This document shows positions 1-13,100 of a stretch of DNA of 64,000 bases, in pieces. Position 1 is the first letter of the stretch, and the number at the start of each line of letters is the position of its first letter. The notes beneath the pieces were generated by a model. It made no database searches. It was not told where the DNA came from and worked only from the letters and a program-made list of their open reading frames with translations. The position numbers and the translations under genes were made by a program. The stretch spans positions 1 through 64,000 of the forward strand of contig DF237457.1 of NCBI GenBank assembly GCA_000708835.1, read 5' to 3'. The DNA is from Klebsormidium nitens (Eukaryota > Plantae > Klebsormidiophyceae).

Positions 1-942
1 TGGTTACACAACCGGTAAAATAGCCGGGTATGTACCCTTAGAATGTTGTGGAAACGTCCTAGGATTGAATCCGGCAATTATAGGGATTCAGCGAATGCAA
101 CTGGCTAATGGACGTCCAATGGAATGCGTCCGTTTGTCATCCTGTTCTGGCATGTTCGCTAGTTAAGGTACGGTTATTCTAATCATGAACAAGTCTGCTT
201 AACCTAGTACTTGCACGATTGCGCCACGTGTTGCACGCTTACAGGCTAGTCGAGGCGATCTGGCACCGAGGGCATATGGCATGACAACATGTATATAAAG
301 AAAATAACAAAACTGTTGAGAATCTTTATATATAAGCGGCCGCGCGCGGGGCCGGGCCTTGGGCCCAACCGCAGCCGCCCTGGCCGATATCCGAAAAGGT
401 GGCCGGCCGGCGCGGGCATGCCTAAACGTTCGGTTTAAATCGAGGCCGGCCCCAGAACTGCGCTGAGCAACCAGGATACACAGACCACAACTGAACTCAT
501 TAAAATTGAGTTGCTGCGCATGGATTGGTCCGACTGGCGCGCCGCACCCGGAAAATGAGGAGCTGTACAATATGATGGTGATGGTCCAATGCAGATTCCA
601 GCTGTTGCCTGCTTAGAACAAGCTACGGCGGCCAATATTTGGTACAAGTTTGGAATCACAGCTTCCGTTCACAGAAGGTCAAATGGTCGAAGTTGATGAT
701 TCGATCACAGTTCCAACGGGTCCACCGCACTGATCAAGTTGCGCACACCTAAGAGCAAACTTCATTGCTCCTGTTCCTTGAATATCAGACATGACTACTC
801 TCAACGGTTACAGATCTGCTTCATTGCGGATGAACGCTCAGGAAAGCTCGTTATTAGTTGAGAGATCATGGGTCACATAACTCGTCCTACCCTTGATTTC
901 TTTGCCCCTTTGCAGAGCGACACAGAACAGCAACACTGCCCA

Positions 943-3589
943 TCAGTATACCTGCGTCCTCTCTTCGTGCAACTCAGGAGCGCTCACCTTCTCGCTTAAT
1001 TGCACTCGAACTCCGTTTTCTGCATATTCTGCTCCAGGCTGTTGCACTCGCTTCCCCTCTTTATCAAAGAATCTTCCACCTTGCACTATCTGCGGCAGAC
1101 CCGTTACGATTTTGCTAACAGCCCCGAATGGAGTGAGATAATTAACACTTGCGTCGCGCAAGCTGAGCTCTTTTATCTTGGGCACCAACCCAGCCGCAAC
1201 CGTTTCAGGTTCTTCGGCCAAAGCGTTGAAGAAGCGCCGAGCAGACGGAGTGGAGTCTTTGAGAAGAAGGTCGGTTAGGACCATACCGGGAGAGCAATTA
1301 TGGACGCCAATGCCCAGAAGACCTGCACATGAATGTGGTCAAACGAAACAGATGCTCGGCTGAATTCGATGTGTATAGCAAAGTCAGAAGTCAGTAGCGG
1401 ACTGGGGTCAACAAACGCATTTGACCGCAGCAAAGTCCGAGATCAACTTCTTTCCGACATGGGTCGGGCCGGTGCTTTTGGATATCCAAGCCGGCCATGA
1501 AAGTATCCAATCAACGACACTCGAAAGTTCACCAGGTGTTGACAGATTGATTTTGATTGCTGTTTCCAAGAATTGTACAAGAACTCGCTTCAAAAGTTGG
1601 TTGCCTGATCCTACTCGAATCAGGATGATATCATCGACGAACATACGCTCTAATAAGTGTACTTACTGACCGCTGACAATTGCTAACTGTAATTATCGCT
1701 GAAGTGTAACGATCGCTGAACTTGGAACATCATCCTGAGAGCCCAGGCAACTGTTGCTCGGGCCGATGTCTGCGGCTCAAAGCACTTGCTTCATCCAAGC
1801 AAAAGCTTGAAACAATCAGAAGTTATCGAGCCAGTCGTCCTCACCAGCTTCCTTCAGTTCGTCCAAAAGCGCCCTCGTGAGCCACATCAAGCTGGACTTG
1901 GTCGCCTTGTGCGTGGTGGCGCTCTTTGTGTTTTTCACCCCAAAGTCTGTGAAGCCGAAGTTGAGGATATGATATTGTGGGGGGCCCTCTCGGGCTCCCG
2001 GTTGTTCCCGCATCAGCTGAACGGCCGCGCGGCTGCCGAAGAGAGACCCCAACACATTGCAGGACACCGCGGACTGGATCTCGTCTATGGGCACGTCTGC
2101 AAGGAGGCGCTTGCTGGTCACCTGCAGATCTGGAGCGGTGAAGCTTGGCATAGGAAACTGAAGAAGTGAAATCCGAGAGCAAGATCGGAAGCGCGTCTCG
2201 ACCACCTAAACTGCTCGCGCTTTTGACACTAAGCAATCCGAATTTTTTGATCAGACTGACAAGAAGCAGAGCCGAAGGAACAGAATCACCTATAATGGGC
2301 AAAGATTAGGAGAGTCCAAGTCCAAACGAAGGCAGAGGTAGTGAGGTTTTGAAGCCCCCGGCTGGTACTTGGATGGAAACTTCGCCAAGGAGAAAAATTT
2401 AAGGAAACCGCCTGATTACCAGATAGCGGGCGGAACCTCCCCACAATGAAGCAGAAATCTATTTCTAACTCAACTGTGCGGAAACCTTGCAGAGACCTTT
2501 TTGAAGATGCTGCGCTCTTGAACCAGCTTGTATCATTGCAAACAGTCTCCACCATCCCGACCAAATCAAAGTGACATTCCGTTGAATATCTCGATGCTCA
2601 CCTGGCCTGCGTTGTTCAACCAGATGTGCACCGTCCCTAGTTTTTCTTGGGCAAACACACTCAGCTTTTCCACATCCTCTGCCGCCCCTACATTGCACTT
2701 CAACCCGTGAACCCGCCCTCCGGAGGCATTCTCCAAGCCTCTAAGAGAGGCCACAGCTTTGTCCACACCCTCCTGGGTACGTGAGCATATGACCAGATTG
2801 TCCCCTTGCTTCAGAAACTCCTGAGCAAGGGCGAAACCCAGCCTGCAAAAGAAAGGGGCCTCGAACTGACCAACAACTTCCAAGTTCAAAATTAACGTAC
2901 ACATACCTTGGTCCCTCAAGAACTCCGCTTTTTCAACACATTGGCAAGGCCGGTGCAATACAGAATGTTTGAGCGAGTATTCCTCTATCTACCACTTGAA
3001 ATCATGGTCATAAGACCTGGGTAAATTACCATGAAGCTCGACCACACTCACCCTTTTGACGCACCAGTCACGACGACGCCGCTTGGAGTTGCAGAGGAAA
3101 GCGATGCTCTGAAGCAAGTTCTGCTCTGTACAAAAAAGGTAGTCATTGCTCGTGAGGGACAAACTCATGCAGGCTGGAAAGTTCATTAGCAGGGATTCCA
3201 ATAGTGGCGCTGTGTACCGGGGCATGGTCGTGACGTTAGATGCATTCAAACATCTGGTGGCAGAAAGTCCGTTGTTGGCACAGCAATCAATATACTGCTG
3301 GACTACATACCTGTAGACGAGTTGGACCCGCATTGTGTCTTTGACTAGCGCCCTGCCAAATTCCAGTATGCCCGGGCAGGAGGATTTGATGGTCTTGCTT
3401 AAGGCCACCCCAGCTGAACCCCCAAAGACTTTTCCGGAGCATAGATCCAGGTCTTCTAAGGTGAACACCCTTCCAAAAGTTGGCTTCATTCCGGATGTTT
3501 GACGCAACAGGATGACTGGTGCTGATTGGCCTTCCGCATACTTTTACAAGTGTAACTTCCTTCAGATGGGGACTGACTGCAGCTGCCAT
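943..3589 (-). CDS. Short-chain dehydrogenase/reductase, chlorophyll b reductase (NYC1/NOL)-like, with transit-peptide-like N-terminus, ~416 aa
   Basis: Exons 3589-3311, 3125-3052, 2842-2602, 2121-1845, 1322-943; all GT-AG and in phase. Motifs: VVVTGASKGLG (Rossmann TGxxxGxG), ICSRT, IWLNNAG, GVHNCSPGMVLTDLL (NOL-like). The catalytic YxxxK reads HKATK. Confidence 0.85.
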
Positions 3590-3937
3590 GACGCTATGTC
3601 AACAACGCTTCGATCCTCTTTTTTAATGAAAAACGTTATCTCGCTTATTGCAGGCAGCTTCCACCAGACAGAACACCTAGAAAAGAGAATCTACAGACAG
3701 GCAGCTCCCTCACTCCCTGGAAGAAGTCAATGGCGAGATACTGCTAGTTTGCTTTAAGTTTGCGGCACAAATACAGCCTTCATCAGACATCTGATTCTGC
3801 ATTTCCTCGCCCTTTGTCCAGAGTTGTTTTAGGGTGTCGTTCCACGGGCGGTGGTGGAAGTCAGGAGAATAAATAAAATATGTGGCTCTGAAGAGGCCGG
3901 AATTTGCCTGGAAGTTCAATATTATACCAATTTCCGG

Positions 3938-4213
3938 CCGCTCGTGGAACAGCTCGCCGGTGGAAGTGGCATTCAAAAAATACGCACTTACTGCAGAATC
4001 CGACATGGCATCCTCTCATTCGCTGATTGAGTGCCACGTCCCGGCACAGAAAAATATTTTCGTTCGACCCTACAAATACTCGGGTCGAGTTTTAATAAAA
4101 GTTGTGCCGCCGACGTGGCATTTATTTGCCCGGAAGTCCGCCCGTTGACCGACGGCAGAAACAATTTGGGCCAATCAGGGAATTTATATTTCTACTTCCA
4201 CCGCTCGTGGAAC
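3938..4213. promoter_or_regulatory. Putative bidirectional promoter core: ~90-nt imperfect hairpin (4032-4120) with G-box-like ends, flanked by 13-bp direct repeats
   Basis: Nested inverted repeats tgccacgtc/gacgtggca, ggcaca/tgtgcc, tcgaccc/gggtcga. ccgctcgtggaac occurs at 3938-3950 and 4201-4213. Lies between divergent starts at 3589 (-) and 4762 (+). Function is inferred. Confidence 0.5.
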
Positions 4214-4761
4214 GACACCCTTAGTTCAACTTCAAGCAAAGACGTCGTCGTCAGTGCATTCAACGACAAATCTGACACAACAAAATTCTTTGCAGACACC
4301 CCATGTAAATACTCTCAAATTCAAGCTTGTCTTGACAAAGGCCGTCCGTCGTTCTTCAAAACCAGGCCATCGACGGTTTTGTATGAATCTTCTTGGCGCC
4401 ACAAATCAAAGCCTGGATCACTTCCTGATCCTTGAAAACATCTGATCAAGTCTGGGCTTTTGACTGTTGACAAGGGCTTTGAAGTCTCTGCGGCAGAGCA
4501 AAGGTCTGAGAGGGGAGAGCAGGGTGCGCTGGTGAAGTTGGAGGCTGCCGCTGTGCGAGAGTCAATCATTTTTGTTGGTGTCTGGCTCTCTGATTGGCAT
4601 TGCTCAAAGGGGACCTGGACATCAAACGGCCCTGTCTAGAGTCGAACATGAAGCACGGCGAAGCGCTTTGGTTTCAATTCACTTCCCAAAAGCTACTTCG
4701 AAGATAGGGCAAGGCTGACTTTGCTAGATCGAGATCGGAAGCCGGCAGGGGTTCACCAGCC

Positions 4762-7700
4762 ATGACCATGTCTGCACTTTCAAATGGAAGTCACACATCA
4801 AGGGGGTCTTCACTGTCCTACGGAAGCTTAGGATCGGTGGGAAGGTGGAAGCTTGATGAGCAGAAGCGCAGACTACGTGAGGCAAAAAGACGAGCAAGCG
4901 GGTGTGTGCAAGAGATAAAGGTTTTGAAGGAGGAATGCTCTGGTCTGAGTGCCAAAATCAACGACGATGAAATAAAACAGCAAGGTTTGCAGGAGCAGAA
5001 GGAGCAACTGCAAACCAGCCCAGCAGGTTAGGGACCGTGTCTCTGTATTCCTGATACCATTTGTGTGGATTCTGAAGCTTGGTTCAAGCAAGTTCCTATC
5101 TGTGCAGGTTGGCTGTTTAAAATGATCAGAATCTTTTGCAAAGGCACAATTGGCAAAATGATGCCAAACTTGTTATTGGTGGGCTAGTAGTTTTGCTAGC
5201 AAGCTAGGGGCATATGGTCTGGACTCTGTTCCCAGACCTGAGTGCCAATGCAAGGCTCCTTAAATGATTCAAAATGAAAGTTCCATAAAGGCGTCAGCTT
5301 TGTAGTCATAAATAGCTCTTCTCCAATATATCTGTTGATAGAAGCGGACTTGCTCCTTCCAGTCCTTCCAACGATTGTACGAACAATCTGATTGTGCAGG
5401 TGGTTCACAACTAGCGGAGATTGAAGAAAAGCTTCGTGAAATCCGAAAGCAGATCAAAGCAGACAAAATGGAGTTGGACAAGGCAACCAAGCTGCTTGAC
5501 GAGCGTCTTGAAGATCAGCGGCTTTTGTATGAGCAGCTCTTGACAGATGAGAAGGCTATCCAGAAGGCAGAGAACGAGGAGACCTCATCGACAGATGCTG
5601 CCCTGCAAAGAGAGCTGAAGCATCTGTCAGAGGAGATGCTGCGGTTGCAGGTGAGGCCCTTTGACTTAGAAGGAACAGTAGCTTCCGCTGAGGATCGTGC
5701 CTTGTATCTGGAAGACTAACATGCACACCTTTTGGTAATATTGAGAGCAGTTACCTCTTGTCGCTCAACCTGGTGAAGTCCGTTAGGTTTATCAGTAGAC
5801 AATTTGTTCAGTTGGTCATAGTTGACAGTAACAGCTGGCTGTCCACAACATCAAGAGTTGCAGATCAATAGACAAGCTGTCCAGGTAGTCTTTGCTGACA
5901 GCTGTCTGTCTTCAACATTGAGAATTGCAGAAAGTGAAAGTTATTCTGGTCTTTATTGCAATTATTCAAGTCATTGACTCCAGGGATCAACATCTACATG
6001 TTTCTGATACAGGGGCTTTGTCAAGAGATGCAAGAGTTGCAGACCCAGTGCAGCACTGTCAAAGAGCAGGAGGAAGAATCGGCCCTGGTCTTACGTCCGC
6101 AAGACGAGAATGTTGTCAGCGGTCTCTCCTCAAAACGCGAGCTACATGGGTCGTCAGGGAAGAATGCTGTTATTCGCCAAGAAAGGGACCAGCTTGAGAG
6201 GGAACTTGCAGCAGCAAAGGCAGTGGCCGACTCAATTCGCAGGGTAAGTGTTTGTTGCAATCAGGCCCGAAGCTTGCCAAGGAAAACATCTGGCGAAATT
6301 ATACATGGAGAATATCAGAAGCGGCTCGACTCCCTTTCCAAATCCGCATGTTGTATGTATGTAACCTAGCATCGGAAGATTCTCAGTCAAGTATGTGAGG
6401 ACAATTTTGAGGTTCTGTATAGACAGGGGCATGAGCAGAAAGGCCTTGCTGATATACCTGTGGCATACGAATCTGTTTCACCTTTCCCTGATCATGCTTC
6501 TGGTCAGGATGACCAGTCAAGGACAGCAGATTCTTGGGCTACACTCCAATGTTGCCAAAACGGCTAGTTTCTGGTGATGATGTTCAACCACAGTGTTTGC
6601 TAATCCTAGCACCTGGGAGGTGACGTCTTGTAAACAAAAGGTGGTCAGGAAGCAGGACATAAGGAACTTAAGACTTGAAGCTTTTCTGCTCTATGCAGGA
6701 GGCTGAAGAGAAGGCTGCCAGCCGCCAACAGCAGCTGACCGCGTTGACTGAGGAGTTGGAACATTTGAAAGCCGCGAACGCCGAGCTGAGCCAGGAGGTG
6801 CCGCTGCTGTCGGCACAAAACCAGCAGTTGAAAGACGAGCAGGAAGCGCAGGCGCGCAGGACGGAGGAGCTCCAGATGACCATCGACTACATGCAAGAGT
6901 GGCAGGCGGTTTTGAAGCAGAAGGTGGCGCGTAGCACGGGCAAGAGCTTTGGGGGAGTAAACGACCAAGGCTCAGCAGAACGGGGGGGTGCAAGTGCTGA
7001 GAGGAATCGGGGAGGTTTGGCCAAGCGGCTAGACTTCGAGGACGGGATGCTGAGCCCCGACTCTGTGGCCCAGAACCGAACACCGGACTCAGAGATGCGC
7101 GGGAGAGACGCGTGCGCACGGATCTTTGTTCAGGGCCTGGAGCGCGCCATGGTGGGGACGCCGCTGACTGTGCCCGTCCAGGAGGAAGAAGGGGACCTGC
7201 TACAGCTTGTGCGCGACGTGGAGAGGGACATGGGGGGAGAGCGCATCCGCGAGCTCGAGTCCCTTGTCTCGAAACTGACGTCAGAGGCGGAGGAGCTCCG
7301 CAAGGGGTCCCTGGAGGACGCACTGGCAGCTGGAGAGCAAGGGGAAGAGGAGCCGTTTGAGAAGGAGGCGAACCTGGTTCAGCAATTGGCGGAAGAGCAG
7401 GCGAAGAGAGAGGCGGCTGAGAGGCGAAGTGAGGAGCTGGCTAGGCAGTTGATGGATCAGGCGCTCTTCGGGAATGCACAAGATACCAATGGTATCTTAG
7501 AAGACGCTGGAAGGAGGCAAGGAGTTGCAGTCCAAGGTAGCGAGGAGTCTGACGTTCCTGGCGGACTTCTTTCAGGTGATCATTTGCTGGTTTTCGACTT
7601 GAGGTTTTCGTTCCGATTCCTTTCCTTTCAATCGAACGGCAGGTCCTGAAGCGATTACTGCTTACTCAGGTCCAAGTGGCGCCCATGATACCTCGAATAA

Positions 7701-8294
7701 TCAGGCGGAAGAGAAGATTGTTCAACCTAAGCAGAAGCTGCAGATTGGATGGCTGCTTAATGTATGCCCCTTCCAGACGTGTCGTCGTGAAGGCGCAAGG
7801 GTGCCTTGAAATGAATCTCTCTTTTACCTCTGCACTTTGATGCTAGCTGAGTTCCAGGCCCTTGAATAACCCATCGTTTGACAGCCCCTGCTTATTAGCC
7901 GGTTGGGTACCCGGCACGAGAAGGGCTCTAATAAAAGTCCTTGGCTGTTGCTAAACATTTACCACGCACTTCTGCAGATGCCTCTCATTCAGTCAACCTG
8001 GATGAGATGGTGGCGAACCTTTCCCAAAAGCTGTCACAGACGGAGGCTGCAAGAGAAGAAGCGGAGGAGACGGTGTTTGAGCTGGTCAAGGATCTAGCCA
8101 CTTTGCGTGGCCAATATGAAGCCTCCCGACGTGACAAGCGGATCGCCTCCAGTTTGCAACGCGAATACGAAGCTTTAACCCGGCGTCTAACCTGGCGAAG
8201 TGTATTGGTGGCCGCGCAAGTTGCTCTGTTCCTGTACTTCGCTTTTGCAGTAGCTGGGGAGCTAGGATTATGTGGGTTTTTAAGCCCCACATAG
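4762..8294 (+). CDS. Long coiled-coil protein with C-terminal transmembrane anchor and short tail ending LSPT (candidate KASH/tail-anchored protein), ~646 aa
   Basis: Exons 4762-5026, 5400-5650, 6013-6243, 6699-7575, 7978-8294, all in phase. E/Q/K/L heptad-rich sequence. C-terminus RRLTWRSVLVAAQVALFLYFAFAVAGELGLCGFLSPT*. Confidence 0.8.
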
Positions 8295-8957
8295 CTATCG
8301 AGATTGCAAGGTCAGGGAAGAGCTGATATTGGCGCCCTCTCTCTTACAATCTCAAACGGGATCAGAAATCAGTATTCAGGTGGAACAAGCGAGACATTGT
8401 TGGAGCGAGTAGAAAGACTCGATATTTGGTAGGCAATCCCATCCGTTGTATAATTTGCAAGAGCATACTCGGAGTATTCAAGTCACCTATTTTCAGCGAA
8501 CCATTACAAGGTCCACTAGTTCATCTGTCGAAGGGTTTCATTGCGTTGGTGGCTAAGCACAATGGTCATGTCTTTATGATCTTGGGAGATGTACATATAC
8601 TACACTTCTATGTTCGAAGGCTCGATTTGTAGAATCGTTGCAGGCCACAAGGTGTACCAGTAAACTTAAGTGTTCCTTCTCGCGATCAGAGTCATTTGAT
8701 ATCACAAATGTATGCTGACCGTGCCGCGTCCAACCGCTTTGTATGAATGAACATGGGATGGCTGAGTCAATCTAGTAGACACTGATCCTGCCATGATCGG
8801 ACGCAGGCAGCTTATATACTCCGTCAGTGGAATCCGCATCATTAATTGAAGATCTAAATCCAGAATATTCAACGTGTGCCCAACATGTTTCGACTACGTA
8901 CGTAGGTACGCCCGCTGCAAGCATGCGGCGGCATGCCATATTGAGCAGCTCGCGCTT

Positions 8958-9193
8958 GACCGTCCGATCGAATCACGGATCGACGGTCTGCTCCGACCGT
9001 CCCGTCAATAGCCGCGGCCGCCTGACGCTATCATCGCGCCCGGCCGCGGGGTGCCAGGGCGGCTACCAGAGGGGTTTGAGCAGGGTTTAGGCGGGTTTGA
9101 TTCAAATTCAAAAGGTGACGCAGCTAGGTATTACCGGCGCGCCGCGCAGTTTACAGCCTCCGGTGCAGGGTTTCAGGATCATGCAGGGGTTTC
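8958..9193. repeat. Two adjacent GC-rich hairpins followed by degenerate telomere-like GGGTTT repeats
   Basis: Hairpins at 8958-8988 (gaccgtccgatc/gatcgacggtc) and 9012-9049 (ccgcggccg/cggccgcgg). GGGTTT(G/A) at 9072, 9083 and 9093, with two more GGGTTT before 9193. Confidence 0.5.
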
Positions 9194-10135
9194 AACTTTC
9201 TGCCTCCTAGGTAAATCACGGCCCATGCACACCAAGGGCCAAGGGCCAGGCGCACCTGAACTTGGACTTGAAGATCCCTGAGGCTGTAGGCAAGAGGTGT
9301 AGTGCTCAGGCTTTTCTGAAGCGCTCGTTGCAGGTGCTATTATGGTTTTCTGCTGGCACTCTCGAGTCTGATTCCGCTGCTTCAGCATGAAGACGTTGAG
9401 GTTCTAGATTGACGCGGATCGGCCCAGCTTGATCAAACTGAGATGCTGGGCATTTGGAGCAACTGTCTCTACTAATTCAAGGTAGGCACAAAAGCGTTTG
9501 TCCTCAACGGGGCTTTTGCAAGTTGAAGAGCGCACCAATATGGTTGACGATCTGCTGCAGGCAGAGGAATTTTTGAATCACTGGTGCCTTTTTAGGGCTC
9601 ATTAAGATTCGGATCCTTGTGTAAGCAAAAGTTGCACCAAGAAGCTGGCCAGGCTCTTCCCTTTCCCTCTGACCCACTGATAAGGAGGAAGGCTGTAGAA
9701 AGGGTTTGCCACTGAAAGGTCATGAAGTGACCCCCTGATGAGTCAGATGGGAGCTCTGCCTTTCCTCCGCTACATGATCAAGATAAGTTAGTGCTGCTGC
9801 AATTGTAGAGATTTGCTGGGACTTGACTCGATGACACTTCAGTGTCGTCCCTCACACCATTTAATAGGGCGATGCTGAGCTCCCACAGGAACAGGGTCTT
9901 ACTTTGAGACAAGGAAACCAGCACTTTAGCTGTTGAAGAGTGCCCGTGCTGTTGCAGCTCATGTAGCAGTTTCTTATGATAATGAAGAAGACGTGCATCT
10001 TATAACATTTACACGCATCTAAGCTTCAAATCTTTCTTGACAGTATTCCTGTCTCAGTGTTGTCGCATGAGCTGAACTGATTGCCAAGCGCTACCTTTCC
10101 ACTGCAGACCCAGCACTTAGCCCGGTGCCATCACA

Positions 10136-13100
10136 ATGATTCCAGGGGGAGGGGCCATGCCAGGCCAGGCTGGCTTTGGCCCTGAACTGAGCGAGGCGCA
10201 AAAGATGGCGGCTTTTGCTCCCCTAGACAAGCCTTTGCTCATTGTTGCTGCAGCGGTTAGTACCGTAGCAATAGCGGTTGCTTCATGCTTGGTCGTGGCT
10301 GTCAGGCAGGAGTGTTTTACGAGGCCCTTGCATGATGGGCATCCATCAAAAGTGATTGCATCCTTTCAAATACCAATCAAAGTGTGTTCTTACATGAATA
10401 ATCTTGCTTCCCTTGCATTTGCATACTCTGCACTTCAATGGCTAGAAAGCGTTCGCAGCTTTGGGCTTGCACAGTGTTGTCTCCGAAATTTTGGTTGCAG
10501 CTGAGAAGACCAGATCGCTTTGTAGTTTGTGCAGACTGACGGGACCGTTGGGGCACTTTGATGAAAGACTCACAGCAAGCAACTTCAAGGGAATGCCAAA
10601 TTGGTTATTAGCAATGTTTTCGAGACCAACACCTTCCAGCACAAACAATGTTCTTTTTGTTACATTTCCGATTTGACGCTGCAGGGCTCAGGCAAAACGT
10701 CTGTCCTGTGTCACAGGATCCTCCACATGATTGCCCAGGTGAGCAGCACCTCTACTTCGGACTGCAGATGGCATTGTTGACTGGCTCTCCCGCAGATACG
10801 ATTCACCAGGTGTATTTGATCACATGTTCGTTCTATTAAGGCTCCAGCATGCATTGGTCATATATATTTTGCAGAGGGAAGGTGACCAAACTTCAGCTTT
10901 CAGGAGATTGTAAGATGCAAATGTGGAACACGGTAAGCTCCTGTGACACCTTTTTCTTTCGTGGTACAGGGCATCGAACCAGGCAGCGTCTTGGCAGTAA
11001 CGGTAGGTCCACGGCAATCCTGCTCGGCAATATTGCCATGATATTGCACGAAATGACGGTCAGGAACCTGGATGGCAATGCTTGTCGAGGTTCTCGTCAA
11101 CGTGAGATGTGAAAGGGCCCCGCGGGTCCTTAGCCCCATTTACAATATTAACCTCGTCTTCTCCAGTTCACACGCCGTGCCGGGCAAGACCTTTTGCGCC
11201 GTATCCGTGCGCTCGCGCAACTGCCCGGCCTGGGCCCTGCGCATGCAACTGCGTGCGAGCGCGTGCGCGTGGGCACGTTTCACTCGTTCTGCCTCTCGGT
11301 CCTGCGCAAGCACCCCGAGAAGGCGGGCCTGGCACGCAACTTTGCCGTGTACACGCCCAAGATGCAGGTGAGGCGTGCTTCGCTCGCCTCACAGTCTTGC
11401 TTCATGCTCCAACATGCATGTGAGAAAGTGATTGGTCCCCTAGCAGCTTAGGAGTGGGACGAATTGTCCCTTTTAAACTCACAGCTTTGCGCATTGGCTT
11501 AGCGTGGTCCTTTCAGTGCGAAGCTTCTGCTTTCAGATGCATGACGTATGCACTGATATTTCGTTTACTCAAGGATCGAGTAGGTTGTTACGACAAGTGC
11601 TCTGGAAATTCCACTCGGATCCTTCTTCTACAGAGGGACCTTCTGCTGGGGCTGGTGCACGAGTACTACATTGGCATGGGCATGATCCAGCAACGGCGCC
11701 AGGGACGGCCCATCCCTCAGGTGCAAAGTCACACAATCTCTTGTTCGACGACAGGCAAAGGCTTGCGTAAGAGGCAAAAGCACCTAGCTTGGATGGTCGA
11801 AACTTCATCCGAACCGTTGTTTGATTGAACTCCTTCGACGCATCGTTTGTGGAAACTTCTGCTCGATATGGTCAGATTGCTGGTATCGACCTCACATTCG
11901 CTGCCCACTTTCAGCGCTCAACTCAAGCCAATTTTTAACTTCGTCAAATTGTTGAACGGGTTCGATCCGACCTCAAACACTCGTGCGATTACCGATCCGC
12001 AAGGAAACCGTAGCTTATCTTTGCTGACAGGAGCTGCACTCGAGCGCCGCGCTGGTGAGGTCTCTGCCGCCCGAGCAGCGAGCCCAGTTCCAAGCAGAAG
12101 CTGCCCGCCTACTGCGCAAGATTAGCCGACTGCAGGCTGACGCGGGTGGGTGTTTCGTCGTGTCTTTTGAAGCCTAGGATGCCGGCAAGAGAGCAGGAGT
12201 GGAAAGGAGAATCGAAATGAGAATATCCAGCCGTCTTGCATAAGGTCGACAAGCGCGGGTGGGTGGAACTCACGTCGACAAGGGGGCAAGAACCCTGGCC
12301 TAAAGCTGCCCCTGGGCAGATCTTTGGGTCGCGAAGAGTCTTTTCGGCGTTCCAACGGTCCTTCAAAACCTCAACTTCGAGTAGGTTGATAGATCCAAGG
12401 TTCTTCGGATAATCCTCATGATGCTTCCGTTGCATGCATTTTCTGACGACCGGAACCTTTGTTAGCCTGCATAAGCCTCCCCTGCAAGTTGTTCTTTGGT
12501 CCAATGCTCCATGTTTACCACTTCCCACACCTTTCGCAGGCGCGGGGTCGAGCCAGAGCATCCTGGGAGACGGTACCGACAACGAGATGTTCTCGTGGAT
12601 CTACGACCACTATAAGCAGCGGCTGCGCGAGGTCAACGGAGTCGACTTCAACGGGTTCATCAGGTGCGGGTGTCTTCTTGAGTCGCCATTTGAGCGACTG
12701 CGCTTGATTGGTTTGATTGTCTGTCTTCTCCTGAACGGCTTATGTACGTCGCCTCTTCCTTTTCGAAGATGGCGTCGTTGCTTGCCGACCGTTTTTCTGT
12801 TTGTCGTTGGTACACCTGGTCGACCCTCTTGGTGCTGGTGCAGATGAGTGTTGTGCGTACGATCAAGTGTTGATATGAAGGTATGTCTCCACAACGGGTT
12901 TCTGTGTTGATAATCATCGTCCTCTGCGTACCTCTTTGGATAGCCCCCCTCTGATTTGGTTACAACCCTCAAGGTCCAGTACAGCCAGACCGGTTTTTCT
13001 TCGCGGTCTCGTTTAAGTGGTGACCGTCGGAAGGGCTTTCGCGGGGTTCCCATCAGGAGATTCTCCTCAGTTTGCCGTCTTTCCACCTCCAATGGAGTTG

